DNA from: Vicinamibacteria bacterium
GTDB taxonomy: Bacteria > Acidobacteriota > Vicinamibacteria > Marinacidobacterales > Marinacidobacteraceae
Direction: 5' to 3'
Assembly: GCA_963555995.3 (NCBI GenBank)
Contig: OY821641.1
Span: 3,584,001 to 3,648,000, forward strand
Length of the DNA stretch: 64,000 bases
Within the stretch, counting starts at the first letter, position 1. Every line of letters starts with the position of its first letter. This document shows, one piece after another, positions 38,801 through 45,471 of this stretch. The translations under genes were made by a program, and so were the position numbers. The notes under the pieces are model-generated. The model saw only the letters and a list, made by a program, of their open reading frames with translations. It had not been told where the DNA came from and made no database searches.

Positions 38801-38943
38801 TCGTCGAGGTGTTCAACCTCACCGGCGCCGACAACTTCCTCGACAGCCACACCGGCTCGCTGCTCTTCAACTTCGACGGCACGCTCCGCAGCGGCCTCGG
38901 CGACACCCGCCGCGGCCAGTTGGGCCTCAGCCTGCGCTTCTGA
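35893..38943 (+). CDS. TonB-dependent receptor, Oar-like, with carboxypeptidase-regulatory N-domain
   Basis: Signal peptide, GEVSDPLGNAVPGA, NGRNFLDL, EFGRSAGGFINVVTKSGTN, RNQFGATVGGP, NFQPRFG, terminal LRF. Confidence 0.9.
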   Translation: MTRGQGPFRPWAGWFLLLACLHAPDLAAQAGTTTGVIRGEVSDPLGNAVPGAVILIQHRGTDLVTAVETSRDGKFVRSLLPPGTYDLTVTAAGGFGTERIEGAILRVGEVLHFHLDLRIVATETVTVFGELPSPVETTDFTRSQRLREEVVDAVPSNGRNFLDLTLLTPGASVSQGPDGDELNINGQRGIFNNFIVDGADFNNPFFGEQRGGQRAAFTFNQDAVAELVIVNQGAPAEFGRSAGGFINVVTKSGTNEFAGSGHYFGQWDEIAAEYSADRGGGKPDFGRNQFGATVGGPLARDRAFFFVAYDQQAAAETKQAVRRVANPANLERLGAFLNTRWPGLFEDEFGPIRRTDDARALLVKLDLNLSGRHQASLKYNATWSEQVNGTFDVDSWGASMNGIERDRSHAVNGSLRSLLTGALSNELRVQWAREDRPRWYDGPLLPGAVHPGQPQFDRLGGRPFPDIAMDFADGFRIGLPFFLPIDPSFDDRFQLVDNVSYAAGAHLFKAGLEYNRTRAKQQFIGMANSRYLFDSVEGFIGFATHGGGYVHCSDGSSATSGACPAGASITGPVLLYLQSATVPGIPAAELGVQELPMQELGVFVQDTWHPGEHLTLDLGLRWDGTWHPDVFVEPEDTFFAPYLGNPAFPSDGRIPDDLDNFQPRFGVAWDVAADGRTVARAAAGSYVSRIPMLVFAQHRSTNGAFQQTLFRSSADTVLGPVPELDRQLDASGAPPFLPDIQVADRNLALPRTWSFSLGLDRDLGRGMAASANFVYARTDQLFRYLNRNDPAFGAPFGIGTHPGGGGINTLTVAESTARSRYQALTLGLRGWSSLGDRPLTFEAHYTLAFDRSDDDNERDPFTFRYADPSNLGPEFGWSDRDRRHQVSGYLLVTLPGDVNWNNVFRYLSASPASEACARPGERANQPSDRICADGSILTRNTLRRDNAFFTWDLRISRRFALPNGATVEPIVEVFNLTGADNFLDSHTGSLLFNFDGTLRSGLGDTRRGQLGLSLRF

Positions 38944-39439
38944 GGGACCGCCGGCCTGGAACGCCGGTCTCCGGCCAGTTGCTGTGAAAATGCAGATCCG
39001 GTGCGATGTCAACCAGCGCAAGTGGCGACGCCGGCCGGGAGCGCCGGTCTTCAGACCGGCACGCGCTGCGCGACCGCGCAGCGCACGGCAGGACGCCGCC
39101 CCGCGTGATGGCGTTCGACTCTTGCTCCATCACGGCAAAGAGCGGTACGACGTCCGCGGGCCTTCGGCCCGCTGTGCCGGTCTGAAGACCGGCGCTCCCA
39201 GCGGGGCTCGCAGCCGTGTCCGTCATTTTCGTGCCCGGCGGGATGTGCGGGAGGACCGCACATGACGGTTTCTCCCGGTGGGAGCCGTCAGACCGGCACG
39301 CGCTGGGCGACCGCGCAGCGCACGGCAGGACGCCCCCCGCGTGATGGCGTTCGACTCCTGGTACATCATCGCAAAGAGCGGTACGACGTCCGCGGGCCTT
39401 CGGCCCGCTGTGCCGGTCTGAAGGCCCCCACCGGGAGAA
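38944..39439. repeat. REP cluster with two tandem REPIN copies
   Basis: Copy 1 at 39037-39199; copy 2 at 39270-39439 has a near-identical interior but ends TTCTCCCGGTGGGAGCC / GGCCCCCACCGGGAGAA. Confidence 0.85.
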
Positions 39440-39524
39440 CTGGCCGGCGCTCCCGGCGGCGCCATCACGGCGCCTGGCCGACCCGCGGGACTGCATTTGC
39501 CGAGCAGACCAGCCTGCCTCCGCC

Positions 39525-41834
39525 CTAGAAGAACCTGAGCGAGTAGCTGATCCGGAAGCCGCGGCCCATCTGGGGGGCCATGTCCTTGATCAGCGAATTG
39601 TGGTGGCTGTACTCGGCGTCGGTGATGTTGTAGGCGCCGAGCGAGATGTTCGAGGTCGTGCTCGCTCGGACGAACACGTAGGAGGCGGTGAAGTCGAACA
39701 CCGCGTATCCGTCGGTCGGGGTCTCGTCCCGGTAGAGACGGTCCATCCGGGCGGCCCAGCGTAGCCGGGGCGCGAGGCGCAGCTTGCCGACCGGGACGTC
39801 GAGCCGCAGGTGACCGCCGAGCGGGGGGATGCGCGGCACGTACTCGCCGCTCGCGAGCTTGGCGTCCACGTAGGCGGCGTTCGCCACCAGCTCGGCGGCG
39901 CCGAGGCTCAGGTGTCCCTCCGCTTCGAAGCCCTGGTAGGTCGCGTCCGATTGCTGGAACAGCCAGACGGGCAAGCCGCTGATCCTTCCGCCCAGCACCT
40001 CTCCGAAGACGAAGTTGGAGATGTCGTAACGGAAGACGCTGAGGCTCCCGGTGAGCGCTTCCGAACTCTGCCGGAGGCTCAGGTCGAATCCCAGCGACCG
40101 TTCCTGGTCGAGTTCGGGATTGCCGATCTCGTACGCCAGGTTCCCGATGTGGGGGCCGAAGTTGTAGAGCTCCTCGAGCGAGGGGGCGCGGGTCGCGAGG
40201 CTCGCCACGCCGACCAGGGCGGTGGAGCCGCCCACCGCGAGCCGGGCGCCGGTGCTCGCCGACGCGGTGAGGAAGTCGCGGTCCCGGACCTCCGCCGGCC
40301 GGAGCGGGTTCGTGTCTTCCCCGACGTCGTAGGCGTTTCGCTCGGCGCGCGCGCCGAGCAGCAGATCGAGTCGCTCGTTCGCTTCGATCTCGTTGTAGGT
40401 GAAGACCGCGAACGCGTTCTGCCGGGTCTCCGGCGCCAGCGCTTCGTGGCCCCAGGCTTCGTAGTCCCGCACGTTGCCCCAGACCCCGACCCGGCTGTTC
40501 ACCCGCCCCGCCGGTTTCCTGAGCTCACCGCGGAAGACGACCGACCGGTTGTCGAAGTGGGTCGCCACGATCTCTTCCCCACTGGCCTCGAAGGTCTCGA
40601 TCTCGTCCTGGTCGTAGTCGGCGTAGCGGACCGTGAACTCCGCCTCGTCGAACACGAAACCGAGGCCGCGGAACCCGAAGTCGGTACGGAACTGCCGCCG
40701 GTTCATCGTGACGTCCACCGTCAGTTTTTCGTCGTCGCCAACCGGCCCATGGTCGTGCCCCACGTGGCTGCCGTGGAAGTCTCCGGCGAACGGAACCCCG
40801 TAGCGGGCGTCATCGAGGCGCACGGTGCCCGAGAGCCAGGCCCGCTCGCCGAAGAGACCGAACCCCGCCTCTCCCTGATTCATGGAGCTTTCGGTGTTCT
40901 CGACCACCCCGGCGGGGGTGTTGTAGTCCTCGGTCCGGTTCGCGTTGCCCCCGCCCCAGGCGAACCAGTTCCCGCCGGACGCCTGCGCGCGAACGCCGCC
41001 CCGGGTCCCGGCGTCGTTGGTCGAGTAGTCGAGGTTGGCCTGCCCCCGGAATCCGGGCGGCGGCGAGTGCGCGAGGTGGGACGCCATGGAGATCACGTTC
41101 ACCGTGCCGCCGATGGCGTTCGACCCGTAGAGCAGCGTCGCCGGCCCCCGCACGACCTCGATCCGCTCGGCCTGGAGCGGGTCCACCGGCACGCCGTGGT
41201 CCGCCGACTGGCTGCCCAGATCGCTGGTCCGCACGCCGTCCTCCATGACGAGCACCCGGTCTCCGTCGAAGCCGCGCACGATCGGGCGCGCCGAGCCGGG
41301 TCCGAAGCTGCGCATGGCCACGCCGGTCGTGCCCTCGAGCAGCTCCGCGAGGGTGCGCGCCGACTCGTTCTGGAGGTCGAGCCCCTCCATCGCGTGCACC
41401 GAGCCGAAGGTCTCGAACGGCGACGAATCGCTGGCCGAGGCGGTGACCGTGACCCGTTCGTGCATCCGGTGCCGGGACCCGAGCACGATCGGCTCGCCGA
41501 TCTCGAGGTCCTCCTCCTGTTCGATATCGATCGCCACGGTCCGGACCGCGCTGAGGAAGCCGAGGTCCACATGGAGGGTGACGGAGCCGAGGTGGTCCAC
41601 GTCCACGAACGCGAAGCGGCCGGCCTCGTCGGTATGGACCACCTGGTCGGTCTCGATCAGCAGGACTTCGGCGTCGCCCGCCGGTTCGCCGGTTTCGGCG
41701 ATGAGCACCGTGCCCGAGATCGTCGGATGCGCCCAGGCGGCGGTCGCGAAGGCGAGGCAGGCGGCGAGCGGACCGGCCCGCCGGAAGCCGCGCATGAGAA
41801 GCAAGAAGGGTGGAAGGAGAGCATTCCGCAGCAC
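39525..41834 (-). CDS. TonB-dependent receptor, ZnuD-like metal uptake type, with His-rich loop
   Basis: GTG after AGGAGG; SFGPGSARPIVRG, SQSADHG, IEVVRGPATLLYGSNAIGG, HGSHVGHDHG, ELYNFGPH, terminal RFF. Confidence 0.9.
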   Translation of the reverse strand: MLRNALLPPFLLLMRGFRRAGPLAACLAFATAAWAHPTISGTVLIAETGEPAGDAEVLLIETDQVVHTDEAGRFAFVDVDHLGSVTLHVDLGFLSAVRTVAIDIEQEEDLEIGEPIVLGSRHRMHERVTVTASASDSSPFETFGSVHAMEGLDLQNESARTLAELLEGTTGVAMRSFGPGSARPIVRGFDGDRVLVMEDGVRTSDLGSQSADHGVPVDPLQAERIEVVRGPATLLYGSNAIGGTVNVISMASHLAHSPPPGFRGQANLDYSTNDAGTRGGVRAQASGGNWFAWGGGNANRTEDYNTPAGVVENTESSMNQGEAGFGLFGERAWLSGTVRLDDARYGVPFAGDFHGSHVGHDHGPVGDDEKLTVDVTMNRRQFRTDFGFRGLGFVFDEAEFTVRYADYDQDEIETFEASGEEIVATHFDNRSVVFRGELRKPAGRVNSRVGVWGNVRDYEAWGHEALAPETRQNAFAVFTYNEIEANERLDLLLGARAERNAYDVGEDTNPLRPAEVRDRDFLTASASTGARLAVGGSTALVGVASLATRAPSLEELYNFGPHIGNLAYEIGNPELDQERSLGFDLSLRQSSEALTGSLSVFRYDISNFVFGEVLGGRISGLPVWLFQQSDATYQGFEAEGHLSLGAAELVANAAYVDAKLASGEYVPRIPPLGGHLRLDVPVGKLRLAPRLRWAARMDRLYRDETPTDGYAVFDFTASYVFVRASTTSNISLGAYNITDAEYSHHNSLIKDMAPQMGRGFRISYSLRFF

Positions 41835-41926
41835 GGTGGGACCTCCTGTGGTCTCTGGGTGCGGAGGAACCGGACGTTCAGAGGCGCCGGCGGGGCCGAA
41901 CGGTTCCCGACCTGGAGTGCCGACGG

Positions 41927-42205
41927 TCAGGCGGGCGGCGCGCGGGGGACCGCCGGAGTCGGAGCCGGCTCCGAGGTGGCGAAAGGCACCACCGGGGCGC
42001 GGGGCTTCGACTCGTGCCGTGGGAAGGGCAACTCCGGCCGACCCTCGAGCGCGGGAACTCCGGTTTCCGCGACCTTGCAGACCCCGCAGGGGTTGTCCGT
42101 CTGGTCCGGATGCTCGTGCGCCGGGACGGCCAGCGGGGTGGCCAGCACCAGGGCGGCCACGGCCGCACCCGCCAGAAATCGAGACCGGAGGCTGACGTGT
42201 TTCAC
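41927..42205 (-). CDS. DUF2946-like (CruR/CutF-type) upstream ORF: signal segment, HxH, CxxC, Pro-rich linker, C-terminal RAPP
   Basis: MKHVSLRSRFLAGAAVAALVLATPLAVPAHEHPDQTDNPCGVC...PAPTPAVPRAPPA*; ends 92 nt upstream of the TBDT start. Confidence 0.8.
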   Translation of the reverse strand: MKHVSLRSRFLAGAAVAALVLATPLAVPAHEHPDQTDNPCGVCKVAETGVPALEGRPELPFPRHESKPRAPVVPFATSEPAPTPAVPRAPPA

Positions 42206-42262
42206 CGCTGTGGAACCTGCAACCGGCCATGCTACCACCGGGAGTCGAAGCCCCGGAATCCG

Positions 42263-42305
42263 GGAACGCCGGGTCCAGACCGGCACCGCGGGCCGCAGGC
42301 CCGCG
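42263..42305. repeat. Degenerate REP plus GCGGGCC/GGCCCGC hairpin between the second TBDT and the uORF
   Basis: GGAACGCCGGGTCCAGACCGGCACCGCGGGCCGCAGGCCCGCG. Confidence 0.7.
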
Positions 42306-42325
42306 AAACGCCTGCTTGGCTCGCC

Positions 42326-44617
42326 CTAGAAGAACCGAACGGAGTAGCTCACCCGCACCCCCCGCCCCATCTGCGCCGCCACGTCCTTGATCACCGACGT
42401 GTGATGCCGGTACACCGCGTCCGTCAGGTTGTGTCCCACCAGCGACAGGTGGTGGGTCGCGTTCCCGGTAAGGAGCAGCCAGGACACCGTCAGGTCGAGC
42501 ACCGCGTAGCCGTCGGTCGGCGTCTCCCCGGCGTGGAAGCGGTCCATCCGCGCGGCCCAGCGCAGCCGCGGCGCGACCCGCAGCCCCCGGAACGGGACAT
42601 CCAGTTTCACCTGCCCGTTCAGCGGTGGGATCCGGGGCGCGTGCTGGCCGAGTGCAGGGAACTCCGCGTCCACCCACGAAGCGCTCGCGGTCAGGTCGGC
42701 GCTCCCGACCCGGACGCGGCCGTCCGCCTCGAACCCGAGGTGGCGGGAGTCGGCCTGTTCGGTCGAGATCACCGTGACCCCGCCCCGGCCTCCGGCGGTG
42801 GCCCCGTAGGTGAAGTTGTCAATGCCGTACCAGAAGACGGAGGCGCTGCCGGCGAAGACGTCGGCATCGCGCCGGAGGCTCAGGTCGAAGCCGCGCGACC
42901 GCTCGCGTTCGAGGAGGGGGTTGCCGATCTCGAACGCCTGGATGCCGGCGTCGAGGCCGAAGTTGTAGAGCTCTTCGAGCGCCGGGGCGCGGGTCGAGAG
43001 CGTCGCGGTCCCGACGAGGGCGTGTTCCTCGTCCAGGTCCAGCCGCAGCCCCGCGTTCGCCGAGGCTCCGAGGAACTCCCGGTCCACCACCGCGGGCGGT
43101 TCGAACTCCTCGCCCTCCACTTCCAGTTCTTCCTCCTCATCGTCGTCGTCATCGCCCTCCCCGGGTGCCGGGCGATCGTCCGCGTCATACGCGTTGTTCT
43201 CCAGCCGGGCGCCGAGCAGCACGCTGAGCCGGTCCGTGGCCTGGACCTCCCCCAGCGCGAAGGCGGCGAGCGCGGTGTGGCGGGTGTCGGGAGCCAGCGC
43301 TTCCGGGCCCGCGGAGGTGAACTCCCGGAGGTTCGCCCACGCTCCCACCCGGCTCTGGAAGCGCCCCCGCGATCCCTCCAACTCGCCGCGGAAGACGAGC
43401 GATTGGTTCTCGTGGTGGGTTTCGAGTTCGGGGGGCCCGTCGCCCTCCATCTCGATCTCGTCCTGGACGAACTCGCTGTAACGAACTGTAAAGGCCGCCG
43501 CCTCGAAGAAGTCCCCGAGGTCTTTGAGTCCGAAATCCGCGCGCAGTTGCCGCCGCTCCATGGTCACGTCCACGGTCTCCTCCTCCCCCTCGTCGGCGCC
43601 GTGGAGCATTCCCGCGAGCGGGACCCCGTAGCGGCTGTCGTCGAGGCGGACGCCCGCCGAGAGCCAGGCGCGGTCGCCGCGGAGTCCGAGACCGGCTTCG
43701 CCCTGGTCCAGCGCGGTGTCGGAGCCGTCCACGTCGCCGAGCGGCGACCGGTAGTCGCCGGTCCGCCGGGTGTTGCCGCCGCCCCAGGCGAACCACCCGT
43801 CCCCGCCGGCATGCACCCGCGCGCCGGCGTAGCGGCCGTCGTCGGCGCTCCCGGCGCCGAGGCTGGCGCGGCCCTCGAACCCGGAGGTCGCACCGTGCGC
43901 CAACTGCGAGCCGGCGGAGACCACGTTCACCACGCCCCCGACCGCGTTTGTGCCGTAGAGCAGCGCCGCCGGTCCGCGCACGACCTCGATCCGCTCCGCC
44001 TGGGTGGGGTCCGCGATCGTTCCCTGCTCGGCCGCCTGGCTGCCGATGTCGCCGGTGCGCACCCCGTCTTCGGTGATCAGCACCCGGTCGCCGTCGAACC
44101 CGCGGATGATGGGACGCGCGGCGCCGGGACCGAGACTGCGGATCGCCACGCCGGGGGCGCCTTCGAGCAGCTCCGCGAGGCTGGGCACGCCCTCGATCAG
44201 GTCGAGGCCCTCGACGGAGGACGCCGACCCGAACTCCGCGAGTCCCGACGACGCGCCGGAGGCCGCGGTCACCGTGACGTGCTCGTGGGTGGTTCCGCGG
44301 AACGTGATCCGGACCGCGTCCGGGAGGACGATCTCGGGGCCGGGATCGGTGTCCAGCGTCAGGCCGGCTTCGCCCCACAGGAACCCGAGCTGGGCGTGGA
44401 TCGTGATCCGCGAACCCACGCGCACGCCTTCGAACGTGAAACGGCCCTCCGCGCCGGCGCGCGTCGTCGCGCCCGTTTCGCGGAGGGTCACCTCGGCGCC
44501 GCGCGCCGGAGCCCCGGTGGCGGCCACCAGGACCAGGCCGGCGATCCTCGACTGCGCGGCCCCGGTGGTCGCGATCAGCGCGCCCGCGAGCGCGAGACCG
44601 GCGGTGCGGGCTGTCAA
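42326..44617 (-). CDS. TonB-dependent receptor, paralog of 39525-41834, with acidic loop
   Basis: TTG overlaps the upstream TGA; GPGAARPIIRG, IEVVRGPAALLYG, DDDDDEEEE loop, terminal RFF. Confidence 0.9.
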   Translation of the reverse strand: MTARTAGLALAGALIATTGAAQSRIAGLVLVAATGAPARGAEVTLRETGATTRAGAEGRFTFEGVRVGSRITIHAQLGFLWGEAGLTLDTDPGPEIVLPDAVRITFRGTTHEHVTVTAASGASSGLAEFGSASSVEGLDLIEGVPSLAELLEGAPGVAIRSLGPGAARPIIRGFDGDRVLITEDGVRTGDIGSQAAEQGTIADPTQAERIEVVRGPAALLYGTNAVGGVVNVVSAGSQLAHGATSGFEGRASLGAGSADDGRYAGARVHAGGDGWFAWGGGNTRRTGDYRSPLGDVDGSDTALDQGEAGLGLRGDRAWLSAGVRLDDSRYGVPLAGMLHGADEGEEETVDVTMERRQLRADFGLKDLGDFFEAAAFTVRYSEFVQDEIEMEGDGPPELETHHENQSLVFRGELEGSRGRFQSRVGAWANLREFTSAGPEALAPDTRHTALAAFALGEVQATDRLSVLLGARLENNAYDADDRPAPGEGDDDDDEEEELEVEGEEFEPPAVVDREFLGASANAGLRLDLDEEHALVGTATLSTRAPALEELYNFGLDAGIQAFEIGNPLLERERSRGFDLSLRRDADVFAGSASVFWYGIDNFTYGATAGGRGGVTVISTEQADSRHLGFEADGRVRVGSADLTASASWVDAEFPALGQHAPRIPPLNGQVKLDVPFRGLRVAPRLRWAARMDRFHAGETPTDGYAVLDLTVSWLLLTGNATHHLSLVGHNLTDAVYRHHTSVIKDVAAQMGRGVRVSYSVRFF

Positions 44618-45219
44618 CGTGGAATCAGCTCGATCACGATGTTCCGGAGGGGCGCGTCCCCGATGTTCCTGACGACGTGCACCACCGGCGGGTTGAACTT
44701 AATGGTGCCGGGGATCTGGGTCTTGAACACCTCGTCGGCGCCGTCCGGCCACTGCTGCAGCTCGGTGGCGCCCATCACGAGCACCACCCGCTGCGCGTGC
44801 GAGTGCCGCTCCCGGGTGTCCCCGGGTTCAAGACGCTCCTCGAACACGAAGTAGCCCTCGGCGTCGTGGAGCCGTTCGTTCTTGCCGGCGGGAATGGCGA
44901 CCGCCGGCCCTTCCACCGAAGGGGGATCCGGCTTCAGGTTCACCTCCGCGAAGTCGCCCTCGATCTCGTAGGAGGTCCCCGCCTCCGCCACGAACACCTC
45001 GGCGTAGCCGAGTTCGACGGTCGAACCGCCTGCGGCGACCTTCACGTCACCGAACGCGACCACCACCCGGTCCCCGCAACCGGGACCCGCCTCGGCGCAC
45101 GGCGCGGCGTTCCGGTGCACGGCGGCGTAGTCGTTGTCGAGCACGAGGGTCCCGTCCTCGCCCGCTGCGGGTGCAGCCAGCAGAACGGTCAGCGAAAGAA
45201 GTCCCAGACGGCGCATCAC
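44614..45219 (-). CDS. Exported cupin-like protein
   Basis: Signal peptide; LEPGDTRERHSH ... PVVHVVRNIG cupin motifs. Confidence 0.65.
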   Translation of the reverse strand: MMRRLGLLSLTVLLAAPAAGEDGTLVLDNDYAAVHRNAAPCAEAGPGCGDRVVVAFGDVKVAAGGSTVELGYAEVFVAEAGTSYEIEGDFAEVNLKPDPPSVEGPAVAIPAGKNERLHDAEGYFVFEERLEPGDTRERHSHAQRVVLVMGATELQQWPDGADEVFKTQIPGTIKFNPPVVHVVRNIGDAPLRNIVIELIPR

Positions 45220-45243
45220 CGCAATCTAACAGGGTTCACCGCC

Positions 45244-45407
45244 GGGAGCGCCGGTCTTCAGACCGGCACAGCGGGCCGCAGGCCCGCGGATGTCGCGTCG
45301 CCTTGCGCGGTGATGAACCGAGAGCAGACCGTCACCGTGCAGGTCAGGCGTCGTGCCGTGCGCCGCGCTGTCGCGCAGCGCGTGCCGGTCTGAAGACCGG
45401 CGCTCCC
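45244..45407. mobile_element. REPIN/MITE-like element
   Basis: GGGAGCGCCGGTCTTCAGACCGGCAC ... GTGCCGGTCTGAAGACCGGCGCTCCC. Confidence 0.8.
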
Positions 45408-45471
45408 AGCCGTCGCAACCCCCGCTACCATTCGAGCCGGAATTTGTCGCAGACGGTCTGGAGAAGAGGCG

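Noticed and set aside
39051-39528. Short ORFs containing ERRSSDRH or AGLKTGAP peptides as a small-protein family
   Set aside because: They are translations of the REP palindrome in intergenic repeats, with no independent coding evidence
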